Source of the DNA: Nanobdellota archaeon
Lineage (GTDB): Archaea > Nanobdellota > Nanobdellia > Parvarchaeales > Parvarchaeaceae
Direction of reading: 5' to 3'
Assembly: GCA_021794235.1 (NCBI GenBank)
Contig: JAJYRE010000020.1
Location: forward strand, 1 to 59,184
DNA length: 59,184 nucleotides
Part shown: positions 16,985 to 26,285 of the stretch, in pieces
Layout of the letters: every line of letters starts with the position of its first letter
Position numbering within the stretch: position 1 is the stretch's first letter
Notes under the pieces: model-generated
Told to the model about the DNA's origin: nothing
The model's database searches: none
What the model saw: the letters and a program-made list of their open reading frames with translations, nothing else
Program-made: the position numbers and the translations under genes

Positions 16985-18157
16985 ATGGAAGATGAACCTA
17001 AAAAGAGCGGGAATTTGGAGGACACTGACAGCATACCTCCCCAGTATCCGCAGGCCGGTAAGAAAAAGTTTCCTGTGATAGGGATATCAGCGATCGTACT
17101 CATTCTGGTTGTACTGGTTGTCTTATATTCCCTGTCAAGCATGAATATAATAAATCTGAAAGGGCTAATGGGCGGTTTGACTTCAAAAACCACCGCTATT
17201 CCGGCAAACGCGAGCCTTTCCTTCAGCACACCATCCGGTCTTAGCTATATACAGGGGAATAACAGTAATCCTATAATCGATTATGCCGTGCAAACCTCCG
17301 GGTTTACCGGGGGAAATCCTTATCCCGCCAGCTATGCGTTTGCAGTCTCCCCCGGCCTTAACCTTACAATGACTGGGCTGGAGCCCGGAGTAACGATACT
17401 GGCTTCCGCGAATAAGAGCGGTGCTCTGAACAACAGTGTATTCTACAATGCGCTACTGACAAACAACAACAAGACAGTCACTATAAACGTGGACAACAAC
17501 GGTACAAACACGTCAATATCCAGAGTATCGGGTGTTGCACTTAACGGGTATCCGGGATACATGCAGATTCAAAACTCTACAATACCCGCGAAGTTCGTTA
17601 CAAATAACCAGTACTCGTACAATCATCCCGGAAAGAGAGTATACTACAACGCGACGTACACATGCGGGGCGTCAGGGCTCACGGTGAATCTCACCAATCA
17701 CTTCGGCAGCAGTCTTATACTGGCGAAGGTTTCTATAACGAATGTATCGGTGAACTTTTCAAACGGCTCCGTAATCAAAGATTTTTACACCATCGACATG
17801 TTTAACAAGACGGTACAAAACGGCTCTAGTTTTGTAATCTCCCTTAACAGCTCATTTATTAAGACCCTATGCGGCGAATCGAATGACGCTACGGCTGTCG
17901 GTGTAATTAACACCACTTCCTTCCTGTCCAACCAGACCACCCCGTTCCACCTTGGCAACAGCCCGGTATTTTCGTTTTATTATTATCCAGCTAAAACCGT
18001 CGAGCAGGCGGTAGCATACGCGGTCGGCGGCGGATACATGTACGCCGTGCACGGCATGGCGTTCGGAAAGTTCGCAGGAAACCAGAACGGTGCAAACTAT
18101 CTTTCAAGATTCCCTTCTTATTTCGGCACCGTTACTAGCAGCTTAAGCTACAGATAG
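16985..18157 (+). CDS. membrane-anchored extracellular protein, N-glycosylation-sequon rich
   Basis: N-terminal anchor VIGISAIVLILVVLVVLYSL, followed by an Asn/Ser/Thr-rich ectodomain with many NxS/T sequons. Confidence 0.6.
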   Translation: MEDEPKKSGNLEDTDSIPPQYPQAGKKKFPVIGISAIVLILVVLVVLYSLSSMNIINLKGLMGGLTSKTTAIPANASLSFSTPSGLSYIQGNNSNPIIDYAVQTSGFTGGNPYPASYAFAVSPGLNLTMTGLEPGVTILASANKSGALNNSVFYNALLTNNNKTVTINVDNNGTNTSISRVSGVALNGYPGYMQIQNSTIPAKFVTNNQYSYNHPGKRVYYNATYTCGASGLTVNLTNHFGSSLILAKVSITNVSVNFSNGSVIKDFYTIDMFNKTVQNGSSFVISLNSSFIKTLCGESNDATAVGVINTTSFLSNQTTPFHLGNSPVFSFYYYPAKTVEQAVAYAVGGGYMYAVHGMAFGKFAGNQNGANYLSRFPSYFGTVTSSLSYR

Positions 18158-18250
18158 GAATTCTCAGTTTATCTACGGCAGTATACTATAAAGAAAACCC
18201 GGACGCCCAACATCATAAAGTGTACCGGTTGAAAAGTAAATATTAAAAAG

Positions 18251-20035
18251 ATGGACGCAGATAGATTGTTATCAATGCCATTGACCTTTGCCGATTCAAA
18301 AAACTGGGGATTCATAAGCAATCAGCTGACCGCTTCGCTTATAGACGGCAGCGGCAATATCCTTTGGCTCTGTTTTCCAAGATTCGAGTCGGATCCTGTA
18401 ATAGGATTTCTACTGGACGAAAAAAACGGTGGGACATTCTCGATAAGGCCAAAGGATGCGTATAAATCAGAGCAGAAATACATAGCGCCAAACATACTCA
18501 GAACGACATTCAGTACCGAGAAGGGTGCGTGCAGCATAACCGATTTCCTGCTGCCCGGAAAAACCATGCTGGTTAGAGAGATAAAATCCGAAGTGGACCT
18601 GGAGCTGGAACTCAAGCCGACATTCAATTTCAACAACTCTCCGGTTAATTATTCCGAGAAGGACGGATTCCTCGTATTCGACAACGCAAACAGCAGTGAA
18701 AGACTCGCTGCGAAAATAAGCATGGACATAAAGGACAGAAGTGCAGACGGAAAGTACACGCTCGGACCAGGGTACGGGCATGTTATTCTTGCTTACTATG
18801 CGTCGCAGGACGTATTTGATTTTCCGGCCGAGCGTGAGATCTTTCAGACAATACCCAAATCGCTCGAATCGACCGTAGAATACTGGAGTTCGAAGGCGAA
18901 GATAGAAACCGACGGCCTGAAGATGAGCGGAGACGCAAAGCTTGATCAGATTTTCAAAGTGTCGATAGGAGTTATCCTGGGATTGATGTACTCCCCGACC
19001 GGCGGGATAATAGCGGCCCCTACGACTTCGCTTCCAGAGGACCCGGGCGGCGTAAGGAACTGGGACTACAGGTATCTCTGGGTTAGGGACTGCTCCATGA
19101 TGGCTTCATCGCTGTGCGATACCGGCTCGATCGTGGAGGGCAGAAGAGCGCTGGAGTTCATATTCGGACTCGTAGACTTCTCGGGAAAACCCCTTTACAA
19201 TCTCTACAAGGTTACAGGAAGCAGGATATACGGGGAAAGATATATAACGAACCTTGCAGGGTTTATGAACTCAAAGCCCGTAAAGGCGGGTAACAGAGCC
19301 TCAAACCAGATGCAGCTTGACATAGAGGGGGAGTTTCTGGATGCCGTGAACCATTATTTCAAAAAATCCAATGATTCAGTATTCGTAGAGAGCCATCTGA
19401 AGGCCATAGAATACATCGGTGACTGGATAGCGGAGAACTGGCAGCTCACCGATTCGAGCATATGGGAAAAGCCCACCGACAGGGAGTATACCTATTCGAA
19501 GGTCATGATGTGGGTCGCCCTGGACAGGGCGGGCAAGCTCCTCTCAGTAGTCAACAAACCAGACAGATGGAAAAATACCAGGGAGAATATAAAGAAATGG
19601 GTTATGTCCAACTGCGTAAAGGATGGCCATTTCGTCGTAGAATCGGAAAGCACAAAGACCGACGCCACGCCCCTCCTTTTCCCCGTGTATGGATTCATAG
19701 ACGTGAATGACGGCATTTTTACGGAGACGCTGAAGGTCATAGAGAAAAATCTCGCAAGGGACGGTTTTGTTTTCAGATATCTTTCCGATTCTCTAGGCAA
19801 GAGTACACACCCTTTCACCCTCTGCTCCTTCTGGCTGTCATCGGTATACAGCATGCTCGGCGACAGGAAAAAAGCCAAGGAAATCCTTGACAGTGTAGCA
19901 TACGTGAGCGGACCGCTCGGGCTAATCGGAGAGGACATAGACGTAAAAGAAAAGGTTTTTACCGGAAATTTCCCGCAGGGTTTTTCCCACGCCGGATTCA
20001 TAAGGGCCTTCATGAAGATGACGGGCAACCAGTAA
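18251..20035 (+). CDS. glycoside hydrolase family 15 (glucoamylase/trehalase-like)
   Basis: 594 aa. APTTSLPEDPGGVRNWDYRYLWVRDCS is the GH15 catalytic-region signature. Archaeal GH15 members from Thermoplasma have been characterised as trehalases (from memory). Confidence 0.85.
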   Translation: MDADRLLSMPLTFADSKNWGFISNQLTASLIDGSGNILWLCFPRFESDPVIGFLLDEKNGGTFSIRPKDAYKSEQKYIAPNILRTTFSTEKGACSITDFLLPGKTMLVREIKSEVDLELELKPTFNFNNSPVNYSEKDGFLVFDNANSSERLAAKISMDIKDRSADGKYTLGPGYGHVILAYYASQDVFDFPAEREIFQTIPKSLESTVEYWSSKAKIETDGLKMSGDAKLDQIFKVSIGVILGLMYSPTGGIIAAPTTSLPEDPGGVRNWDYRYLWVRDCSMMASSLCDTGSIVEGRRALEFIFGLVDFSGKPLYNLYKVTGSRIYGERYITNLAGFMNSKPVKAGNRASNQMQLDIEGEFLDAVNHYFKKSNDSVFVESHLKAIEYIGDWIAENWQLTDSSIWEKPTDREYTYSKVMMWVALDRAGKLLSVVNKPDRWKNTRENIKKWVMSNCVKDGHFVVESESTKTDATPLLFPVYGFIDVNDGIFTETLKVIEKNLARDGFVFRYLSDSLGKSTHPFTLCSFWLSSVYSMLGDRKKAKEILDSVAYVSGPLGLIGEDIDVKEKVFTGNFPQGFSHAGFIRAFMKMTGNQ

Positions 20036-20037
20036 GT

Positions 20038-21246
20038 TCACGCGTTTCTCAATTCATCTTCTACTATGTCTATGAACATACCTAGTGTCCAGGCCTGTAC
20101 GGCGCACGGTTTCACCTTCAGCTTTTTTTCATTCATGAGCGCACCCGATGCAGATATGCCTATGTATTCCTTAGGATACTTCTCCTTTATTATGTAATCG
20201 AGTATCCTGCCCCTGAGCTCCTTATATTCCTCCGTGAAGCCGTGTCTCAGCAGCCCCTGCATTATCACCCAGTTGTCATTGAACCAGACCGAACCCCTCT
20301 GATACTCGCTTTCATCGAAATAAGTGTCGTCACTCGCGGTAGTTCTTATGCCGTATTCCGTCATCATCGTTTCTCCGAACAGCTTCCTTACAATGGAATT
20401 TTTGTGTTTTCTGTCCGGTATGCTGCTGTAGAGTAGGTGGCCTTCGCTGCTCGTCGTCGAATATATCATATTCCCGTCGAGCGATGCTGCCGGTGAATAC
20501 ACGCCTTCTTTGCCTATCCACAGCTTACCTGTTTTGTTTTTCAGTTTTTTCATGGCGTTCGTTACCGCACGCACATCGTACCCGTAATCCAGTTTTTTCG
20601 CCAGGAAGATGAATTCTTCCATCGCTCTGTGCGCGTAGGCCTGCGCCTCCACCGCCGCGACGTCCCCCCTCAGCCTGTCGTACACGCCCCAGCAGCCGTC
20701 TTTCCAGCACATAGACGCCAGGTGCCCGCCGTAAAGGCTGCGGTTGTATGTGAGCAGCCCGTCCCTGATTCCGTATTCCGACAGCCAGCTCATCGCCGAT
20801 TTTATGTTCTCACGGATCTTTCCTATGAAACCGCTGTCCATGGTTTTTCTGTAATACTCCGATGCGGCTATTATAAACAAGGGAGTGCTGTCAACCGAAT
20901 AAAAATACCTCGTTCCGGACTTCGGAAAACGCTGCGTTGCGGCAGCCCGGCCGTCCGTTCTGTTCCATTTTTTGCCGTAGAATTCATGCAGTACCTTTCC
21001 TGGTTCCTCGCCCGTCTTCATATCTATTTTCTTTCCCTGGTTTCTGGACAGCATCTCGAGTGTTTTCTTGGCTGTCACAGGTGAATAATCCAGAAGCTCC
21101 ATAGAGGCGATTAGCGAGTCTCTCCCGAACAGCCCTTTGAATCTTGGTATGCCGGCAAGCAGAAAGCCTTCCTTCGTGCGCAGCTTCAACAGGAGACTGC
21201 GGTAATAGTCCTTTCTTTCTGTAAGAATCCGTATGTGACGTTCCAC
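20038..21246 (-). CDS. amylo-alpha-1,6-glucosidase / glycogen-debranching-enzyme-like (six-hairpin glycosidase)
   Basis: GIPRFKGLFGRDSLIASMELL and C-terminal YQRGSVWFNDNW / AWTLG resemble the archaeal GDE_C-type family. Convergent with the GH15 gene, 2-nt gap. Confidence 0.7.
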   Translation of the reverse strand: MERHIRILTERKDYYRSLLLKLRTKEGFLLAGIPRFKGLFGRDSLIASMELLDYSPVTAKKTLEMLSRNQGKKIDMKTGEEPGKVLHEFYGKKWNRTDGRAAATQRFPKSGTRYFYSVDSTPLFIIAASEYYRKTMDSGFIGKIRENIKSAMSWLSEYGIRDGLLTYNRSLYGGHLASMCWKDGCWGVYDRLRGDVAAVEAQAYAHRAMEEFIFLAKKLDYGYDVRAVTNAMKKLKNKTGKLWIGKEGVYSPAASLDGNMIYSTTSSEGHLLYSSIPDRKHKNSIVRKLFGETMMTEYGIRTTASDDTYFDESEYQRGSVWFNDNWVIMQGLLRHGFTEEYKELRGRILDYIIKEKYPKEYIGISASGALMNEKKLKVKPCAVQAWTLGMFIDIVEDELRNA

Positions 21247-21363
21247 ACTTAAATAGAGATATCATTTTCCCTATTAATTTCTGAATTTGTTCCTTCGGCG
21301 TATCGTTTTACCGGAGTATTCCTACACCAAAAGGTTTATAACCGCTTAATTTGTTCTAATAGT

Positions 21364-22725
21364 ATGCAAAAAGCACGAAATGTGTACGCATCGGTTATAG
21401 TCGCCGCTGTTATCGTTGCTGTTCTATTTTTCTTTGTCGGATATTATTTTCATACACCTACAGCTCCATCGAGCACAACCGCAATAACATTCTATGAGAG
21501 TCTTGCGCCATCCGAGCAGTCCTATTTCCAGAGCACTATAATCCCTGAATTTGAGGCCCAGTATCCCAACATATCAGTCTCTTTTGTAAATCTGCCGAGC
21601 GGCCAGCCTGCCTCTACAATAGCAACGCTTGTACAGGCAAACAGAGTGGGTGCATCGATAGTAGGATTGGACAATCTTGAGGTTGGTGAAGACTTATACC
21701 CCGGTTATCTTATGAATCTCTCTCCTATGATATCGAACATGTTGCCGACAACGCTTATACCTAGTGCTGCTAATATGGTCAATTACGAGAAACAGGTTTT
21801 CAACGGCGTTTATTTCATACCTTTCAGATCTAATATACCTCTGGTATTTTACAATAAGCTAACGTTTGCAAAGGCGGGCATATCAACGCCTCCAATGACC
21901 GACGCACAGCTTCTTTTGGATGCACAGCTGGTATACAACAAGACTGGCGTTAAGCCAATAATGTTCCAGGGTGCGGGAAATACCGGCGGACATGGTGGAG
22001 CAAGCACCGGCACGGAACTTTATCAGTGGATGGTGCAGGATGGAGGAAATCCTTTCCTGTTCAATGACAGCGGAGATGTTCAGGCATTTGAATTTCTATA
22101 CAACCTCAGTGCATATTTCAGTCCTGAATATACCGGCGGTTACTGGGGCAGCTACAGCGGCCTAGCAACAGGGACCTATTCGTATCTGGATTATCAGTGG
22201 CCTTACGTCTACGGAATACTTACAAATGGTACATATAACATGAACAGCAGTAGCCTCGGAGTATACGGAGGACCTAACGGAACCGTTAATGGAAACCACC
22301 TTTTAGGGGGAGATGTACTAGTAATACCTAAGGGCGCAACCAACGTAGCCGCACTGGAAACATTTGCAAAATTCCTTCTTAGCCCCATACCACAGAAACA
22401 GACGCTTGTACAGTTGTCTTGGGTTGCCACAAATTCACAGGCATACAATAACCTTCCATCAAACACATCGGCGGTCGGAGCAGCGCTGAACCAGTCGATA
22501 AGTAACGGTGTTTTCCTGAGAAACCCGACACCTTGGATAACACAGTGGAATGTGTATGCAAGTGATGCGTTCTATAAGATAATAGTCGACCACGCGTCAT
22601 ACAGCCAGATACCTTCCATACTCAGCAGTTACAACGCACAGATGTACAATTACCTTGTCAGCAACTACAACACAACCGTCGCCAACGAATACGAGTCAAA
22701 TTACTACAAACCGATATCGGTTTGA
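21364..22725 (+). CDS. sugar ABC transporter substrate-binding protein
   Basis: N-terminal anchor (VIVAAVIVAVLFFFVGYYF), then a family-1 solute-binding-like body. Immediately precedes two permease genes and the ATPase. Confidence 0.7.
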   Translation: MQKARNVYASVIVAAVIVAVLFFFVGYYFHTPTAPSSTTAITFYESLAPSEQSYFQSTIIPEFEAQYPNISVSFVNLPSGQPASTIATLVQANRVGASIVGLDNLEVGEDLYPGYLMNLSPMISNMLPTTLIPSAANMVNYEKQVFNGVYFIPFRSNIPLVFYNKLTFAKAGISTPPMTDAQLLLDAQLVYNKTGVKPIMFQGAGNTGGHGGASTGTELYQWMVQDGGNPFLFNDSGDVQAFEFLYNLSAYFSPEYTGGYWGSYSGLATGTYSYLDYQWPYVYGILTNGTYNMNSSSLGVYGGPNGTVNGNHLLGGDVLVIPKGATNVAALETFAKFLLSPIPQKQTLVQLSWVATNSQAYNNLPSNTSAVGAALNQSISNGVFLRNPTPWITQWNVYASDAFYKIIVDHASYSQIPSILSSYNAQMYNYLVSNYNTTVANEYESNYYKPISV

Positions 22726-22795
22726 GTCGTTGCTTTGGATAATCAACTGTATTTCAAAGATTTAATAAATGCATGACAAACGATTAATATGATTC

Positions 22796-23662
22796 GTGTA
22801 TCTATTTAAAATGGTCCTTATAAAGGAGAAATTTATTCCTCTGTTTTTTATTGCTCCTGCCCTTGCCTATGAGGCATATTTCGCTTTTTATCCGACCTTC
22901 TCCGCAGTGTACGGCAGTTTTCTGACTGCGAGCGGAAAGGTCTCAACCATAAACTACCAGGAACTGGCCGGTCTGGGGGTCTATAGCGCAATAACAAATA
23001 CTGTCATTATAACGATCGGGGCACTTGCACTGCAGTTCGTTCTCGGCTTCATAATAGCCAGTCTTCTTGTAAGGGGCTTCAGGGGCAAAAACGCGTTCTC
23101 TGCGCTGCTTATGATCCCATTCGCGACCGCAACCGTCGTCGCTGGTTACATATTCTCCAACGTTTTCTCACCTATAGGCGGATACGCAAACGGTACACTG
23201 AATCTTTTTGGACTTTCCTCGATAAACTGGAACGGCGCCGGGAGCAATTTTATAGTGAACATCATACAGCTGATTATCGCGGACAGTTGGAAAAATACGC
23301 CGATAGTCGCCCTCATACTCCTGGCGGGTCTCACCTCAATACCGCGGGATCTGTACGATGCCGCTGCCGTGGACGGCGCCGGATGGTTCTCCAGATTAGT
23401 GCACATAACACTTCCAAACCTCGTGGGCTTCATAGTAATAGCGCTAGTGATACGGGGTGTTAGCGAGTTCAATATATTCGCCATCGCTCTACTGTTATTT
23501 CCCCATAAACTGCTTACCACCCTGGTGTACGGACTGTTTTCACTCGCCGCCAAGCCGTATCTGTCCTTTGCGGGCGCATCCGTACTGCTCGGATTTATCC
23601 TAGTTTTTGTCGCACTGGTCCTTGCCCTAAGGAGGATAACTGCATCGAGGAGCGGTAACTGA
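22796..23662 (+). CDS. sugar ABC transporter permease (MalF/UgpA-like)
   Basis: Multi-TM with an EAA-type loop (SIPRDLYDAAAVDGAGWFSRLVHITLP). The start may be the ATG at 22811. Confidence 0.85.
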   Translation: MYLFKMVLIKEKFIPLFFIAPALAYEAYFAFYPTFSAVYGSFLTASGKVSTINYQELAGLGVYSAITNTVIITIGALALQFVLGFIIASLLVRGFRGKNAFSALLMIPFATATVVAGYIFSNVFSPIGGYANGTLNLFGLSSINWNGAGSNFIVNIIQLIIADSWKNTPIVALILLAGLTSIPRDLYDAAAVDGAGWFSRLVHITLPNLVGFIVIALVIRGVSEFNIFAIALLLFPHKLLTTLVYGLFSLAAKPYLSFAGASVLLGFILVFVALVLALRRITASRSGN

Positions 23663-24480
23663 TGGCAAAGAAAAAACTCAGAGGGTATCTTATATACATA
23701 GCTGTGATAATACTCAGCATAATCTTCCTGTATCCCCTGTTTATCCTGTTCATGCTGGCGTTTGTACCTGCTCAATATACAATATATTCGGCGTATCCAT
23801 CGCTCTATCCGAAGGGACTAACCCTGCAATATTTCGAGGAGGCACTGAAGATAAACCTGGTCGGGCCGCTTATCAAGAGCCTTGAGGTGGCGTTCATGGT
23901 CGGTGCAATGGCTCTGGCTATAGGGATACCCGCGGCATACGGTCTTAGCAAGCTCAAGCCGAATCTGGCGGCGGGCATATCAACGCTGTTTTTCCTGACA
24001 AATATGATGCCGTCTATAACAATCGCCATACCGATGGCGGTCGAATTTCTCAAATTCGGGTTATACGACACTTCAATCAGCCTCGCACTCGCCCAAGAGC
24101 TTGTAGTGCTTCCACTCTCTATATTCATCCTTCTCGGTGCATTCCAGGCCCTGCCGAAGGACCTCGAAGCCCAGGCGAGGGTTGATGGAGCGGGCCTGTT
24201 TAGAACAATATATATGATACTTACGCCGCTCGCAAAGGCAGGAGTTGTCGCAACATTCCTTATAGCATGGATGATGTCATGGGATGAGTTTACATTTGCG
24301 ATATTCCTATCGCCTATACATCCGACGCTGCCGATTATAATATACGAGAACATAACACGTGGAAACATCCTTGCGACGTCGGCATTTGCCATCGTGGTTA
24401 CCATTCCCGTGATAATACTTGCAGTCGTTCTCGCCAAATATCTCAGGGGAGAATATCTTGCAGGGGGGCTTAACGGGTGA
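23662..24480 (+). CDS. sugar ABC transporter permease (MalG/UgpE-like)
   Basis: EAA loop ALPKDLEAQARVDGAGLFRTIYMILTP. The start overlaps the upstream stop (TGATG). Confidence 0.85.
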   Translation: MAKKKLRGYLIYIAVIILSIIFLYPLFILFMLAFVPAQYTIYSAYPSLYPKGLTLQYFEEALKINLVGPLIKSLEVAFMVGAMALAIGIPAAYGLSKLKPNLAAGISTLFFLTNMMPSITIAIPMAVEFLKFGLYDTSISLALAQELVVLPLSIFILLGAFQALPKDLEAQARVDGAGLFRTIYMILTPLAKAGVVATFLIAWMMSWDEFTFAIFLSPIHPTLPIIIYENITRGNILATSAFAIVVTIPVIILAVVLAKYLRGEYLAGGLNG

Positions 24481-25550
24481 CTAAGGTATTTATGAAACAA
24501 AGTAATAGAACACCTATGTCTGAATACAAGCTGGAACTTGTTGATATATCGAAGAGCTACGGAAAAAAAGTAATCTTTGAAAATATAAACCTGAAGATAA
24601 AAAAAGGGGAGTTCTTTGTTATACTCGGGCCTTCCGGCACCGGCAAATCCACGCTTCTCAAGGCGATAACGGGAACCGTTCCACCGGACAGCGGAAAGAT
24701 AATACTTGACGGCAACGACATAACGGACACCCCTATCAACAGGAGGGATATAGCAATGATGTTTCAGAGCTATGCTCTATACCCGAATATGAGCGCCTAT
24801 GACAACATAGCGTTTCCCCTTAGGATGCACCATATAGATAAAAAAGAAATAGACAGGAGAGTACGTTCTACGGCGAAAATGCTGAAGATAAACGACATAA
24901 TAGACTTCAATGTCACAAAGATCAGCGGCGGCCAGAAGCAGAGGGTCGCCCTAGCAAGGGCGATAGTCAGGCATCCGGCGATATTTCTTCTCGATGAGCC
25001 CCTCAGCAACCTTGATGCAAGGATAAGATACACTACAAGGGAAGAACTGAAGAACATCCAGAGAATGCTGAAGCAGACATTTATACACGTAACACACGAC
25101 CAGAGTGAGGCGAGGGTTCTAGCCGACAGGGTGGCGGTCCTGAATGAAGGAAAACTGGAACAGGTAGGTACGTTCGATGAGATATACAACTATCCCGTAA
25201 ATACGTGGGTAGGCGATTTCGTGGGCACTTTTCCGATGAACTTTCTGCAGGAGGCCAGGAACAAGACCAGGCAGATAGGTTTCAGGCCTGAATGGACAAG
25301 GATAACAAAGAAGGGCGGAATAAATGCGAAAGTACTGTCGGTTGAGAACATCAGCAATACGGCATTCTTATTCTGTTCCGTCCCCGGTTCGGCAAAGCCT
25401 GTTGTCATAACCAGCAGACGCCAGTACAGTGTGGGGGATAAGATAAACTTCAGGATCAGCCGTTTTAACGTTTATGAGAAGGGGCGGTTGGTCAGAAAAA
25501 CCGGAACCGCCGCAAAAAAAGCGCGTCATCCTCTGCACAAGACAAGATAA
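24477..25550 (+). CDS. sugar ABC transporter ATP-binding protein (MalK/UgpC-like)
   Basis: Walker A GPSGTGKST, signature ISGGQKQRVALARA, Walker B FLLDEPLSNLD, H-loop VTHDQ. A GTG start overlaps the previous stop; alternative ATGs are at 24492 and 24516. Confidence 0.9.
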   Translation: MTKVFMKQSNRTPMSEYKLELVDISKSYGKKVIFENINLKIKKGEFFVILGPSGTGKSTLLKAITGTVPPDSGKIILDGNDITDTPINRRDIAMMFQSYALYPNMSAYDNIAFPLRMHHIDKKEIDRRVRSTAKMLKINDIIDFNVTKISGGQKQRVALARAIVRHPAIFLLDEPLSNLDARIRYTTREELKNIQRMLKQTFIHVTHDQSEARVLADRVAVLNEGKLEQVGTFDEIYNYPVNTWVGDFVGTFPMNFLQEARNKTRQIGFRPEWTRITKKGGINAKVLSVENISNTAFLFCSVPGSAKPVVITSRRQYSVGDKINFRISRFNVYEKGRLVRKTGTAAKKARHPLHKTR

Positions 25551-25593
25551 AAAGACCGTGAGGACAGTATCCTGCAAGTAAATTTTTATTATC

Positions 25594-26199
25594 TCACTTT
25601 GAGATACTATTAACTATCTCTTTTGTGTCAAGAACATCAAACAGCATCTTCATATTCTCCAGAGAGCGTTCATGTGCCTCTTTGTTCCTGCTGGAAGAGG
25701 CATCCGCAGCTACGACCGTATAAAATCCCCTATTCAGGGAGTCTCTAGCGGTAGATTCGACTCCTATCTCCGTAGCTATCCCTGCGATGATAAGAGACTC
25801 GATTCCGGCATTCCTTGCCATAAGTTCAAAATTTGTACCAATGAATATACTGGCAGTGTTTTTGTTAAGAACAGTCTCCCCTTCTTTTGGCTCTATCGCC
25901 AGGTCTAGCATCTCTTTAGGAATCTGAGACATATTGAATTTCATCCTGCTGGAAAAATATTTTCTCGCCGGCGATTCAAACTCCTGCGGTAGCGGAGTTA
26001 TTTTGGTGAAGAACACAGGCATTCCTACTTCCCTCGCCTTAGAGATCAAGAAACCGAGGTTTGAAAGGAATTCCTCCTTGTTGAATATGCCGTCTACAAG
26101 CATCTTCTGCACGTCCCATACTATGAGAGCTGTGTGGTCAGGATTTACTACCTCCTTTATATCAGAATAAACTTTTCTTTCCATAGCATAATCTTTCAT
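25594..26199 (-). CDS. isochorismatase-family cysteine hydrolase
   Basis: TALIVWDVQKML, FFTKI, and IIAGIATEIGVESTARD. I trimmed the ORF (it extends to 26268) to Met24, because the divergent MFS gene starts only 17 nt from the longest start and TATA-like sequence lies inside the extension. Confidence 0.75.
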   Translation of the reverse strand: MKDYAMERKVYSDIKEVVNPDHTALIVWDVQKMLVDGIFNKEEFLSNLGFLISKAREVGMPVFFTKITPLPQEFESPARKYFSSRMKFNMSQIPKEMLDLAIEPKEGETVLNKNTASIFIGTNFELMARNAGIESLIIAGIATEIGVESTARDSLNRGFYTVVAADASSSRNKEAHERSLENMKMLFDVLDTKEIVNSISK

Positions 26200-26285
26200 A
26201 TATCCATTAAATATCTTCCGTTTTATAGAACCATTAATTTTAAAAATTTTTATGTCGTAGTAATTCAAATGGTTACGCTTAGTGG

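Noticed and set aside
19492-21265. Several 60-180-aa ORFs antisense or out of frame in the GH15 and debranching-like genes, including a Gly/Arg-rich one at 20525..20710.
   Set aside because: They arise from the locally high G+C, are all overlapped by well-supported enzymes, and have biased composition.
23146-24500. Two long minus-strand ORFs (209 and 231 aa) inside the ABC permease genes.
   Set aside because: They are antisense shadows of genes with clear EAA-loop permease signatures, and they have no motifs of their own.
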